Source: Camelus dromedarius (Eukaryota). From it: a DNA stretch of 64,000 bases. Below the pieces are notes generated by a model. It had not been told where the DNA came from. It searched no databases and worked only from the letters and a program-made list of their open reading frames with translations. Positions 37,403-52,270 of this stretch are shown piece after piece. The stretch covers positions 103,170,001 to 103,234,000 of the forward strand of contig NC_087437.1 in NCBI RefSeq assembly GCF_036321535.1. The letters are read 5' to 3'. The translations under genes were made by a program, and so were the position numbers. Each line of letters starts with the position of its first letter. Position 1 is the stretch's first letter.

Positions 37403-39474
37403 ATTTCTGGAAGTATCTCTTCTTTTTATGTTAATCACTGTTAAGGTTTAAAATCTCAGAATTTGTAGTATAGATATGTGTCATGAAACTTTCAACTAAG
37501 GCTAATGCATTGAATGGGGAGCTTAATTTATGTATTTAAAATGATTGGAGATACAAATATTCAACAAGTAGCCACTGAAGTAATTTTAATGTAAATTGAA
37601 ATTAGTAAAAAGCCTATATCTAAATCAGCTGATTATGTCATTAAAAAAGAGTATTATTTAATCATTATTATTGCTTGATAGTAAACCTTAGAATTCAGAA
37701 TATACTAGCAGAGTAAATTTTAGGTCTTAAGTAAATGAAAAAAAAAAAACTTTTTAACATCTAATTAATATATTCACTTCCAAGTTATTATCTAAACTAG
37801 AGTATTTTTTCTAAAGTTAACACTTTTAACTTTTAAATATAAAGTTGTGTCTTTTTTACTTTAATGGTACTTAAAAGTGATATACTACATAAAGATTATT
37901 AAAGTAAGCAGCATCTCAATATTTATGCAAAGATTCAGTAAGTTTAAATTTACTTTAATCATTCTGAAATAACACAGAATGGGAATTTACATCAATGCTG
38001 TATTTTTCAAATACCCTTGGTTTCCTTATCTTACCTAAGATTATCAGCCAGATCAAGATCTCTGGTAGTAATCCGGACCCTCCCTCATGGCTTTTAACTA
38101 AGTGGAAGCCTAAAATGTCTGTATCTAAATGTTACAGAAAGAGTGGATTATTCTGTAACATCAATTTTTAGCTACTATTTAGTGAAATTGAAAAAAAATA
38201 GCCAAGGAAAGCAAATATGTTCAGGAGTCCTATTAGTTTATCTGTGGTGATCTGAACTGCAACTGATGGCCCCATGTCTTTGTTGGTAGACTATTATTTG
38301 ATCAACTTTTTAAAGATAACGTTCATTCAAGTGGAATTAAATTTTATTTTAAGTGTGAACTAATCTAATACTGGTTGTATAGCCTAGTATGTTGCAAAAT
38401 TTAATTTTTTATGTTCAAGTTAAATTCAGTTATTCTTTCTCATTCCATTTTAATAGAAATATAGTTACATATTGCAAACATTGCATTATATTGAGGTAGC
38501 ATAATTTTTTTAAAATTACACCATATTTATTTTATTTAGTATATGTACTAAATGGGCACTATGAAATAAATCTCTAGCAAATCCTTTTTTTCTAAGAGCA
38601 AGCAACTAAAAACTACTATTTTAAATAACATCCACAATTCATGAACTTCTTTCAAGAATATTTTTATCTCATTCTTACGTTGATTTTATGTATAACAGTT
38701 CTGTTTTAAAGTGACTATTTCTGATCATTTTAATTGCATCTGTTTTCATCATAGCTTATTTTCTTGAAATAAAATGTACGTTATAAATGTATTGTCCTTG
38801 GTATCATCTCTTATTTAAAACCCCTGACATAATATCCAGCACTGTGTGTAATCCGATGCATGAGTTTCATAGTATATTAAATGTCATTTTATTTTCTGTA
38901 TCTCTGTGTCTCCATTGTTGTAATAAAGAAAACTGAGGAAAAGCTTTGTTATACGTGTTTTCTTTATTACTGGTACAAACCTTTTGTCTTTGTTGTGTGT
39001 TTTCATTTCTAACTCGATCAAATTCAATATCTCTGTATAATAAACATATGATCACTGAGTGATTTCTCTTTTGCTGTCAATGACACATCATCAGCAGACT
39101 CATATTGTAAAAAGAATTTAGAAACAACACCAAATACTGTTACTTTCATAATAAACTAGTTCTAGGGTCTTCTTAGAAGCTTCTACTACCAGTGAGAAGC
39201 AAAAATAGTCCAATGATATCATATTAATAAAGCACATTAATATAGTTAATAATTTAAGTAATGTAATGATAGAAGAAAAGTCTGTATTGCCAGCAAAAGT
39301 TTATAAAAACAGACATAAATGCTTAAAATGATTTTTCTCCAGTTCCTTTGATTAATATATTACTATAATTAAGTATGAACATCATGGAATAAAGTTGTAG
39401 AAAATCATTAAGGTTCTTGGTTCATGCACAGCCAAAGCATGAAACAACAATGGCTTTGGAAGTTTACAGATAGT

Positions 39475-39640
39475 AACAATAATGCAGAAACAGAGCAACT
39501 TCTATTTTTTTGACATACCACTGTGTTACACACTGTATGGAAGGCCTTGAGTGCAATATTTTATTTATTCTGAAGTAAATATCATTTCTCCCAAATTCTG
39601 GATGAGAACAGTGAGACCTAAAGAGGTTGAGTAATTTACG
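39475..39640 (-). mobile_element. MIR fragment
   Basis: ataccactgtgttacacactgt…cccaaattctggatgagaacagtgagacctaaagaggttgagtaattt, antisense MIR core. Confidence 0.6.
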
Positions 39641-41549
39641 TAGTAAAACGTCACAGACTCTTCATAAAACTTTATATCACTTTTTGTTTGTTTTAGCACT
39701 GAACGTGAGTTTAAATGATAATTCTTTAACATGTAAATTATTCAATTAGTTTTTATAAAGTGAAAAAAACAACTCTGGTTTAGACATCAATATATATTTC
39801 TCTTCTACAAACACAGCCAAGTGTTGCATTGCCAGATAAAAATGAAATAGTGTAGAAACTACAACAGAGAAAATATACTCATTTTCAAAATTTGCATTAT
39901 TTTAAGGCACACTTAATCTTTCTTACTCCAGAACAGCTCACTCCCAAATGCATATCTTTATATATATAGTACCCATTAAAACATGTTTGAATACATTTCA
40001 AAGTAAAATTTTAATGATATCTATACACTGTTATAATATTTGAACTTCTTTCAATCGATACAGTAGTTATAGAAGTTTTATATATTGAGAGAGAGAAAAT
40101 TCAGCTGTTTTTCTTTGTTATTGTCCTTGTTTTTATTTTTCCTGAAACCCCTTAAGAATGAGATGATATCAGTGGGAAATATGTGGTATTTTTGGACACT
40201 TTCATAGTGACTATCGCAGTAAATTTATATTACATTTTTAACTTTATATTAACTTATTTTGAGAGGCTACTGTTAAGAAACTAAAGAGATTTGAGGAAAT
40301 TTACCCTAATGTTCTAATTAAATGCCATTATTTTATTATATCAACAAATTGAGGCTCAGAGAAGTATGACTAGTCATTGACAAAGTTGAGCATCGTACAC
40401 TCTCAGTTTTCTTCATGTTTGTTTTATCAGTTTACAAAGATGGCATAACTAAATCTCTAGTCTGTAACTTACACAGTCTTCTATCTTTGACCTAGTTCCT
40501 TTGATTTCCTCTTCTCTGGACTATAGGAAAAACTTTGTGGCAAAGGAAAGTCTGTTCATTTACCAACTACCATTCCTTTCAGTAATCGTGGTACTTCTCT
40601 TAGGCAGCTGTTATCTTTCTCATTTCAACTTGTACATATAGCTGCGCTTCCACAGTCAGTGTAATAAAATCACATTGAGTTTATAGTCTTAAAAGACTAT
40701 CAAGTTAAATTTTATCACTCTGATTTTTACATATTTTCTAAAAATATTTTATAAAATAACCTATTTACATTTTTGTTAGAAATAGGTCATATTCTATTAA
40801 TATAAAATGATTACTGTCTAGTAAAAACTAAAATAGATATTTCCATTTCAGCATCTCTTCTTAACATTTTAAGAAATCAAAACAAACATCTTCAATACAC
40901 AATTTATACAGTGGCTGTATACTTCTCTGCTGATTTCTCATTAATTATTACAAAAAGAAATACTGAATTGTTTAAAAATTTAGCCTGTTTCTGTTTAAAT
41001 ATGGTTGAAACAAAAATAAAACTTCTCTCTTCAAACTAGCATTTCTGTTTTAAAGAATCTCTGAATGACAAACTTCAAATTGCTATTGTTTCTATATAAT
41101 TTCTCAAAGGCTGAATTAGATATGTATGTTTCATGGACGATTAAATGTAAAACTCTCTGATGGACTTTAAAAATGACAAGAAAAATACTCTGTTTCTTGG
41201 TGCTATAGGTGGAAAACAAAAATTATGAGGCTTTCATATACTATCCTGAGACTTACCGTACCACCAAATGGCTCAGATATGAAGGAAAGTTTATTTAAGG
41301 AAATGGAAATATTTCTCTACCGTAGAGTCTAGTATAGTTCATACTGAGTTTTCTCATACAAAAACAGGAAGCTGAAAATATTTGACTTGCCTGTGTGTTA
41401 CTCACAACATAACATGTCATCTTTTTTTTTTTTTACTTGTTAAAGGACATAAAAGGTTGAATATTTAATTTATAGACATTCTCAGCCAATCCAGGTATGT
41501 TAGCCAGTCCCATGAAGATTTTAAAGATACTAACATTTTATTTTGCCTG

Positions 41550-42135
41550 CTCTTAAATATACTATATTTGATAGAGGAGTTTTAGGTTATACCAATATTG
41601 AGAGGAGTGTATAGAGTTCTTACATACCTCCTAACCCGGCATATGCGTAGCCTCCCCCATTATTAACGTGCGGAGTGATCTGTTTGTTACAATCAGTGAA
41701 TCTACACTGACACATCATTTTTACCCAAAGTTCATAGTTTGCATCAGGGTTCACTCTTGATATTGCACATTCTATGAGTTTCGATGAATGTATAATGACA
41801 TGGATTACCATGATACTATCATACAAGATAGTTCCAAAGCCCTAAAAATGCTGTATGTTCTGCCTGCCTATTCATCCCTCCCTCTCGCCTCATCTCTGGC
41901 AACCGCTAATCTTTATTACTGTCTTCATAGTTCTGTCCTTTCCATAATGTCATAGAGTTGGAATCATACAGTTAGCACCCTTTCAGATTGGCTTCTTTCA
42001 CTTAGTAATATGCATTTAAGGTTCTTCCATTTCTTTTCATGATGTGATGGTTCATTTCTTTTTAGCATTGAATAATATTCCATTGCCTAGATGTTCTATG
42101 GTTTATCCATTCACCAAATGAAGAATATTTGGGTT
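41550..42135 (-). mobile_element. L1MC-type 3' end remnant
   Basis: tttgttacaatcagtgaatctacactgacacatcat…aaagttcatagtttgcatcagggttcactcttg…ctggcaaccgcta…tttcagattggcttctttcacttagtaatatgcatttaagg. Confidence 0.8.
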
Positions 42136-45100
42136 CTATTTTTTTAAGTGAATATCTACACTTCTATTTTAGAGCTGATAGTAGACAATGTATTCACTCA
42201 GAAGCACTATATAATAATATATAAGTGGATCTACATGTTTTGAATGGCTAGTTTTAATACTGATTTTTATATAACCCTAATGCAGAAATTGGAGTCTCTA
42301 AGACACAATAGAGTGTATAAAAATTGAAAATTTTCAAACCTAATATGTTATAAATTCCTTGGAAAATAATAATACCAGCCATATATTTGTTCATATTTTC
42401 CATTTACTGTCTTATACATTTAGAAAATTCAAAAATTTGCATATTAAAGAATTTTATAATAAACATGTTAAAAAGTTTGGAATTTCAATAAGCAGTTTAT
42501 AAAATATCAATTGTAGCTTAATCTTATGTGGGTGAGATTCAATTTTATCATATAATCTTTAAGAAAAAAAGCATTTTCTGCTTGTGCAAAAAATTTTAAT
42601 TTCCAATTTATGTATGGAAAAGCCTTTTAATATTAACAGAAAAAAATGAACTTGACCAGTTAATGACTGAATTAGGGAACTGACATTTAAATTATTCCTT
42701 TTTTAACACTGTCTTGTTTTGATCATATTTACTTCAATCTGAGAAGCTCCCTTTCCTACTAGCCAATAAAAATTTCATTATCTTATGGGCAAAAGCTAAA
42801 TCAACTCCACCCCAAAGCAAACTAAACATTTACCATAAGATTTAAACTGCAAATGAAGAAAGTATACAGTTAATGAACTTCAAATGTAGCAATTTGAGTA
42901 GATAATTATGACATATAAAAATATATTGTATCTCTTTGTCCCATTTATTTGACAGTTTTGTGGCAAGTGGTCTACATTCTGACATATTTAAAATTTGAAA
43001 TGTCAGTGAAGATAAGAGCATAGATATTCTGTTTCCGCCAGGACTTTGAGATATTTCACAATTTTTCATGCTTTATAATTATGCCAGAAATCATACTGAG
43101 AATTTAACAAGTTTCCATCAACATTCCCATAGAAGAATAATATCTTTATATTTTAGGTTGTTTACTTTTTATTGGGAATTGTTTTAAAAAGATAGATACT
43201 AAAACCTTAAGGTGGATTGGGTGGATAGTTAAAAAAAAAAAAAGGGTGAAAGTTAGTGAACTACATGAACTGTCTTTCCATTTAAAAGTATACAGAATAA
43301 TTATACATAGTTATACAAATTTATAGTATTGTATTATACAGTGTCTTTTTTAAAATATATTAATAGGCATTAATTATCTAATGTTAATGTAATCACTAAT
43401 CACATCTAAGAGACGAGTCTATTTACTAGATTCTTGAATGCAGACATCAAGCAGAGGTTGACATGCCTGTGTGCATTATGGAAACAGGTGTGGAATGGGA
43501 GAGAGGGGAGACTGGACAGACATTCCACAGCTGTAGCCCAGGCCTCTACCAGCTCCCTCCTAGCCATCGCGGCAGGCTCTGTTCCCTGTCTGTGAACCTC
43601 TGCCAACTCCCTACCATCTTTTAGAAAAAGGTCACAGGTTTTGTTGTTGGTGATGTTCATTTATTTTGTTTTGGTTGATTGATTCGTTTGTTTATCTATT
43701 CTATTCCAAGGTCTATTCTCTTTAATCTCATCATTTATCACCAGTTACCCCCAATAGCACACCTCTAATATCCATTTATATAACTGCTAATTTCAGAATA
43801 CATTGTATATTTACCATCTCCATCTTTGCTCACATGACATTCTGACTGAAATGGACTCCTCTTGGCATGTAGAAAGTTTATTTTTTAACATTATCTTGAA
43901 AGTTACCCTCTCTAGCAAGCCTTCCTTGACCACTAACCATTAACTTACATGCTTCTTCCACCCATCTGCTGGGGTCAAATTATTTTTCACAGCTGGGAAA
44001 GCAATCGATTGCACTGAATTTCTGTTTCTAAGGTACATGTCTTACTCACCAAGAGTCCTTTGCCTTTGTCTTATTTTTTTCTTACAACTGCTTAACAAAC
44101 TAGTTTAATAACATTGTGATAAATGAAAGTGTGATCACATGTCTTTGACCAATTTATCCCTGAACAAAAACACCACTTTTGTAATATAAAGGACAAGATG
44201 ATATTTTGAAAAGATATTTAAGTTATAATTCCAGCTTTATTAAACAAACGTAGAGAAACATACAGAAAAAGACACTCAGAAAAGAGTATAGTGTTTTACA
44301 ATTATAAATGTCATTTATATAATATACATGTTTATAATTCCCCTCCCATTACTAAACCAATTATCCTCAATTAGCCACTTTTTCTTGCCCCAAATCAAAT
44401 ATTTAGTTTAAAAAAAGAGTCTGGTTTATTAGTGCTGCCTCCTGACCCCACCATCTTCCATGTAATACCTCTGAGAAGGAAAAAGTGACTTGAAGAGAAA
44501 TTTTGGATTAACACTGAGTTTATATTTTTTAAAAAATAATTATACGTGTAACATGATTTTGAGAGAAAAATCAAAATGACTGGAGAATAGAGACATGTTA
44601 GTAAGGAACAGGTGATATAAAATACAATCTTTACCCCGCTCCCCAAAATAGTAGGGTTGTATGAAAAGAAATTTAGTATTAAGCAATTGACTGTCTACAT
44701 CAATACTGTTTAACAAGAGTACACACAGAAAAGACATGATCATCTTTTTAACATGTACTGAAAGTAGCCTGAAGGTTTAAACATGTATGAATAACAACAT
44801 AAGGCTTTATTGATATATTTGAGTAATGTTGAAAATGTTGGTGAATTTTCCTTATAATTTTTAAAATCTGATCATTTCAAATGCCTAAATTAATGTGTGA
44901 ATACTACAAATAGTATCATCGAAGAACAAGAAAGGTGAAAAATCATACACAGTGAAATTTCACGTAAGGATTAACCTCCAACATGACTTTCATGATTTGT
45001 TTCTAGGTACATAAGGAGCTCAGATGAACTCAATACATGTTCATTTAAAACACAGCTAGCTACTTTTATGTGATTCTAAAAACTAAAAATCCCTCAGACA

Positions 45101-48100
45101 GATCACAAAGCACTTAGAAATTGGTATAATTTCATATAACTATTTCCTCAAGATTCTAATAGTTTTGATTTTTAATATATTTTTAAGGTTTTCAATTTCA
45201 AAATTCCAGTATTCTTTTTCCAAAATGCAATTTTTCATAAAAGACTCTTTGCAGTTTTCTCTTCACTGATGACAGTACTCTTTTCACACCATCACAGATT
45301 TACCAGCATTATGTACTTTTTTTCCTTTAAATAATTCACTGAAAAATGTGTGAGATTATGTTATATCCATGGTTTTCTTACAACTAGTTCAGTAAGCAAT
45401 TAAATATCTGAATAAAATGAACTTGATTGCACTTAAAAAATTGCTAATAAGTTCATTTTGTCAGGAAGTTGGATGATATAAATGCTTTATCTCATAAATG
45501 CTATGATTTGTCCAAAAGGGGACAGACAGATGACAAAGTAAAAGATTAAAACACAAAGGGAGTATAAGTCTTAATTTAGGAAGGAGACTTGGATCCACTT
45601 TTTAATCATCTTTTGAGAGTCTTCATCTTATTTTTATTTAAATAAAGATAAATGTGTCTAAAATACTGTGCAAAATAATCAGAACAATAAAACTAACAAA
45701 AATGATAACTATATATATATTCTTGTCCCCAAACTGAGCAAAAGTCAGTGTCACCCGTCAGAAACAATAAGAGCATTATCATTCATTTCAACATCTTTCC
45801 ATGATCAAAAAGGCTTTTAATCTGACATATGGAAATAAGGGACTAACCAAAAAGATAACTTACTATATGAATAATGAATAAATAAAAAAGAAATATTACA
45901 CAAAAAAACTTGAGTTCTGATCACAATGAAATGCACATTGAAAACTAGAAGAATGAAAATATACTTAAAACTTAGGCCTTAATATAGAGTGTTTATCAAA
46001 AACAATCATGAAAAAACACTTGTAAAATATAAACATGCATTTACAATTATTTTTATGAATCATAGTTCATGAATGCTCAAATATTTGAGCTAAAATCTAG
46101 GAGTTTTGGGTAAAAGTAGAGAAGTTTTCATTTTTAAAAAGAAGATGCTATAAACAAAGAATAATAAGTTGCTAGAAACAAAGTGAGTATCGAGTAACAG
46201 GTGTAGTAAATGCAATAACAACGTATTTGTTTAGTGTTTTGGAATTTTCAATGTAGCTTCCTATGATTCTCAAATAATATTTAGCTAGGACACATGGGAA
46301 TTATTATCCACATTTCATCAGTAAGGAAAGAGAATAAAATTACAATTATGATTTAGAGATGTCGAATTATAGTAAGTGGGCCACAAAATGAGTGAACAAT
46401 ACCACAGTGGACATAAAAAAAATTAGAGTTTCCATCAACATTTATTTTTATCATCTTTATAATTATTTTTATGTCTTATAATTGTACATTGCAATTTCCT
46501 CAAAGGATCAATATATTATGAAATGTTACTTGTTTAAAACTTAAAAGAAAATCACATTATCATAGAATGAAATAATTTTCCTTTGGGGTTGTACGGGGAA
46601 GCAATTTAAAAAGTGGCTTGGATTAGAAGAAGAATATAAACTCCAATCATAGTTGCTCTTGAGTTTGTTGTTTGAATATTTAAAATATTTGAATTAATGG
46701 AAAATGATATTTTCAATCATCCTTGATGATACAGTTTGCAATGATTTGCTTCTTTCTATTTAATACAATTAAAGGGATATTGACAAGACATTGGAAACCT
46801 CAGAAGTTCAAACATGAATCAAAACTCAATAGATCCATCAATTCAGGGATGAACAGCAGTCACCATAAATGCAGGATACCCAAGTCATGACATAACAAAA
46901 GTAATGTGGTATTTGGAGAAATGGAAATAGTGTGGCATCGTGCTTAGATTGTTAATATCAGCAGTTTCAACATTTCCCTCTATAACGGTGAATTTTACAA
47001 CATACACAAATCAGTTTTTTTCCTCTGTTTGTGATTATACCTGCAAAAGATGATCTGAAATTCATGTTGTTTCAAATACGTAAAAGTAGATATTTGGAAT
47101 CATTTTTCTAAATACCTAAAATATTTAAATATGTCATTATGCCTGATTCCTCATTTAGTATAAGTGAGAAGACTATGTAGTCTAAAGACAAATCATAACT
47201 AATGTAGGTTGTGTTTAGCAGGTCAGAGATTCTCTGTAGGAAACAGAAAGTCTTCTAAATGCAGCATTTCCCTACACATCTCCTCAGGGTTGGAAAACAT
47301 TATTTTCTGTCTTGACAAGTGGATTATGCCAAGAAATGCAAAGCCTGCAGCTTTGTCTTTGCTGGGGGAATCTTGGGATTGTAATTGATTTTCAATATCC
47401 CCACTGTTTTAAAAGCTGTAAAACATTAAAATTTTAAAATATTTTAAAAATATATTTTTCTGTTGGCATAGTCTAGACTTTAGCCTTATTTTTGTATTTT
47501 GGCTTTTTCTATTATACTTCCTTATTCTTAGTTGATTTGGGGAATCCTAAAAAAAAAATCACAGAACATTAGTTTATTAGTTTAAAATAATTTTCAAATA
47601 TATAAATGGCAGGTGATTTTAGAAAACAGCTGTCTAACATAACAAAAGAAACTATGTGAAATCTTTAAGGATGGTAGTTGGCTTTTAAATTAGTGCAATA
47701 TGTTTTCTCCTAAAAGCATGTATTACCCTAGAATGAAACTTCTGCAATGCGAGGCGATTACCATAATCCTAGCAAAAGCTCTAGGTATTAACTGTATGTC
47801 CTTCTTAATCTAAAAATCTCATCCCTTTGTTCCTTTGTTGTGTTTTTTGGAATCCAGTAAGTGAAGTTAAATTTGGGAAACTGATGCTTCATAAGTAAAA
47901 ATGAACTTAGATGATCTGAAAGTCGTGTTGTTTCAAATTTTAAATAGATGTATAGAATAAGCCTAAATAAAGACTTCTGTTAATTTTATTCCATCTTAGT
48001 ACATAACAGGAAACCTTTCTAATTCTGTAATAATTCTGTAACACTCAATGAAGGTTTGTGAAACATAAGTGGATTAATGATCCTTTAAGAAAATAATGAA

Positions 48101-49429
48101 ACTATGTGGACACAAACATCTTTGGGTAATCTAGATGTCTGATTTTAAAGTAGCTGACCATTGTGGCTTAGATGGATTTCAAATGCAGAGTTGCCCACTC
48201 CATCTCTTTCCACATAGGGTGAAACATACGCGTGTATAGATTTGTATCTCGATTTTCCATAGATCATTTGATATTTGAAGGTGTGTCACACTAGGCAGGA
48301 TGAAGGAAGAACAGGTAAACAGGAGACGAATAGACCTACTTCTATTGTGGACAGGTATCATATCTAGTCATGTTATGATAAACATCAAAAAGAGTTTTTC
48401 TTGTTGTCTTTTATACACTTAAATTTACTGTATTTAGCAGTACCTCTTATGAAAATAAGAACCACTATCCTGGGAGCAACAAACAAATCTCCATTAGGAC
48501 CCTACAAATTAAAAAAGCATTTTTTTCTCCATATCTTTATCACAGCTTTCCACATCTAAAAGTAGTTCTCAATCTATAGAAAAAGAGTTAAATAAAATCC
48601 TGAACTATTTAAGGAGTCAAAAAGCAATGTTAGTTTTATGAATAAAGGATACTGATTTTTTAATATCAAGTATAATTTTCTTGGAAAATTAACTCAGTGT
48701 TTTGGCAGTGAGTTAATTTATGCAACAGAAACATGAAAAGACATGCAGGTGGCATATTTGGAATAAATTTTTTTTTCTTATTTTAGTGCTTTGATTTTAT
48801 ATTTTGATGACAATTAGAATGCAATTACATAAAGGTTTGGGGATATGTATTGGTTTAGTTAGCCAATTTAGAAATTTAGTTTGGTTGGTTTGGTTTAATT
48901 AGCCAATATCTAAATTGTTAGAAAAAGTTAGAAATTGCCTAGCTAAACAAATTTCATGGTGTGGGAGGCGCAGTGTTGAGGGAGGTTATACAAATTCGTT
49001 TAGATTGACTCTCATTTTTTTTTCGACAATAAAATGTCTACCAAAAATAGATGTTTGAACTTTTTGACTTCTAAATTATTTATTCTTATACAATTCTAAT
49101 ATGAAATCTCTTTTCAGAAGAGCATAGAAAAGATCACTAATAAAGGAGCTGAAAGCAAGAATCAAAAATATATAAAAGCAAGAAATAATTGTTTGTATTA
49201 TTATACTTTATTTAAATAGCTGTTTATCCACTAGTAGTATAGGAGAAATGGATATTGATATTTTTATGTAAGCAAATTATACATTTTAATTTATTCTATA
49301 TTTTATTGCTGTCTTTTGATTATTTGATGCTGAATATCAAATACAAAATAATGACTTGAATACAGGTATAAAAAAATAAAACCTGAAGCTAGTCTTCATT
49401 TGTACAGATCTAATATTAAGTAAGGGTTC

Positions 49430-49525
49430 TCTTGTGACTTAGGTCACTGTAGTTTCTGTTCCTCATTTTCATTATGTAGAAGGTAGACCTGAAAATACAT
49501 ATTTATAGAGTTGTAATAAAAATTA
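49430..49525 (+). mobile_element. MIR fragment
   Basis: tgtgacttaggtca…tctgttcctcattttcattatgtagaagg…atagagttgtaataa. Confidence 0.45.
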
Positions 49526-50494
49526 TATCATAAAACACACATGTAAGTATTTGGGGAAGCTATAAAAGAAAAGATGCATTTAAAAATCCTGTAAATGGTT
49601 GCTATGCTCAGTTTCTATTTGTTAAACAATTAAAATCATAATTAACTTATCAAGAAATTTTTTTTTGTATATTACTGAGAAAATAAATTACTGCTAGAGC
49701 ACAAATCCTAGTGATGTAATGTTACATAGAGTTACAGCTTTGTTTGTGAAAAGTCCAAAAACAAGTAAATGAACTTTCACAATGGAGGAAGATGGTGGCA
49801 GAAAAAAGAGAAAACATTAGAATATTTAGCTTGTATAGTTATTGTAGCCTAACTTCATGGGATAAGAGAAAGTGTAAGCATTTATATACATTCTCAAGCT
49901 GAAATTTAAAAAAAAAACATAACTTTCAAAAGACAACATACTTATATATTTATAGCATAAACCTATTTGATGTCCATGCCTATCCTCCATAGTGACAAAA
50001 TTATATTTGGTTTTTCATAAAAATAATTTCAAGTAATATTCCAACATTGTAATCATAAGCTTAAAAGGTATAATTTTGTTTCTCTAGAAAAAAAGTAATA
50101 GCTACTTTAGCATCAATATTCCCTCACCATAAGGTGCTTTAGAAATATAATGTTTCTAAGAGCTTTTTCTAACTTGGGAATGAAAGAGATCGATATACTG
50201 GTTTAATGTTAAAAGGTCACAAATAAAATATTTATCATCTAAAAGCTAACTAGCTAAACCTAAGTCATTAAAAAAAAAAACCCTAAGTCTCCTGTATTCT
50301 CAGGAGAATAATCAATGCTTAATAAGAGATACTGAAGTTTGCTGATGAAGAAATATATTTAATGGACTAACTTTAAATGGTCTATTTTTTCACCAAAATA
50401 TGATTTTCCCAGAATTTTGCATAGTACAATAATAATAAAATAAAAATTTGCATAGTAGGAGTATAACAATAATGGTTTAAAAAATAAAATTGTT

Positions 50495-50720
50495 AAAATT
50501 TTGCTTAGTGCTGGGCAGTAAGTGTTTGAAATGTTAAATACGTTATTATACTCACAACAATTTTTCCAACAACCTCATAACCCAGTTTGTGGTGGTTGTT
50601 TCCTAATTGTCCCCATTTCAATGAAGAGGCATCTTAGGCTTAGAGAAAAGTTAGCTGACACAGCCAAGGATACACAGGAGTAAGTGATGGAACCCGGATT
50701 TTCTGACACCAGCTCTAGTG
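50495..50720 (-). mobile_element. MIR fragment
   Basis: ctcacaacaa…tgtccccatttcaatgaagagg…taggcttagaga…ccaaggatacacaggagtaagtgatggaacccggatt. Confidence 0.6.
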
Positions 50721-51933
50721 TATTTTAGTACAAAGCAAGAGTCTTCACATTTTAAAAAGATAAATGGAGATTTATATACTGGACCAGATATATCATCACT
50801 GAGCTATGAGATTTATTGCCTAGGACTACGTCCGCATGTGAGAGGAGCCTAAACGAAGTAGGTAAGAAGTGATTAGTTTAAAGCTTGAATGTCATTGAGT
50901 CAGTATATCTACAGCGGCTAAAGCCCAATCGGATATGTATTTTTCTACTACGCTTGTCTCAGCTTTGATTATTGAATCATGCACAGAACACCCAAAATGA
51001 TTTCTTATGAATTTTGAAAAAAGTGTATTTTTGCCTTATATACAATCAAAAGTATTTCACAGGCGAGTTGTCTTCATTATATTGCAATCCTAGATTCATA
51101 TGAGAATCATTTATATTTTAAAATAGATAATGGAAGCAAATGTATAAAATGATTTTTTAAATTGCTAAAAGAAATCATTTTCTTGATACATTGCTTTATA
51201 GCATTGTTTTAATCTTGCAAATAAATACACCTTTGAGAATGATAAATCATATTTGGAATCTCATTGCCTATCTGTATATTGGAACTTGGCCAAAAAAAAC
51301 CCCACTAAATTTCCATGGCTGAAAAATCCTTTTGTTTCTCTAGCCTTTCCTTAAAGTGGGTTCATGTGATAAGAGAATAGTTCTGTGGAAGCTAATGATT
51401 TCTTTGGATATGAGCTAGGAAATTTTGCTACACTAAAACCATCTAAATAGGGTGTTAAACTTTGATGTGGAAGGAGATTCTGAAATTGGCATGAAAATAT
51501 TTTTTTTTCCTCCAACATTGTTTTGTGTTTATTACCTGTTTCTCATTATCAGAAATAAAATAATTATAATCAAAATTACACTTTTCTTGGGCATGTGAGT
51601 TCCCAGTTTGTTGATTCAGTACTTAAAGAATTCTTATTTGCAACATCATGGGACGCTGGAGAAGTACAGCTGTATTTCAGCACAGGTGAACAAGAGTTGC
51701 CTGGTGAGTGCCAGGCACCAATGTCACAAATAGAATGGTTTTTATTAATCTATTTTCAAGCTCTGAGAGTGTTAAGAAATATAAATAACATGTATTTCCT
51801 GGAAAAAAATAAAATAAATTGAGACATGAGGTTCATAAAAATAAACTAGGATTCAGACAGATGTGATATATTCAAGACTAGCCTGTTAGTGGAAGATTCA
51901 AAATAAGAATAATTATGTCTAAAAAAATTGTTA

Positions 51934-52270
51934 TATCTAAAAAAAAAAAAGAACCTAAATACAAAACAGAAACAGACTCATAGACATATAATATAAAGTT
52001 GTGGTTGCCAAGGGGGAGGAGGGTGAAAAGGGATAGACTGGGAGTTCAAAATTTGTAGATATTGACAGACATATGTAGAATAGATAAACAAGATTATACT
52101 GTATAGCACAGGAAAATATATACAGGATCTTGTGGTAGCTCACAGTGAAAAAGAAATGTGACTATCAATATATGTATGTTCATGTATAACTGAAAAATTG
52201 TGCTCTACACTGAAGTTGACACAACATTGTAAAATGACTATAACTCAATAAAAAAATTTAAAAAAAAAAT
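51934..52270 (+). mobile_element. LINE-1 3'UTR fragment with poly-A tail (relatively young, cetartiodactyl type)
   Basis: acaaaacagaaacagactcatagac…gtggttgccaagggggag…tagataaacaag…tatactgtatagcacagg…acaacattgtaaaatgactataactcaataaaaa. Homologous to the reverse complement of the L1 3'UTR at about 20060-20380. Confidence 0.9.
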
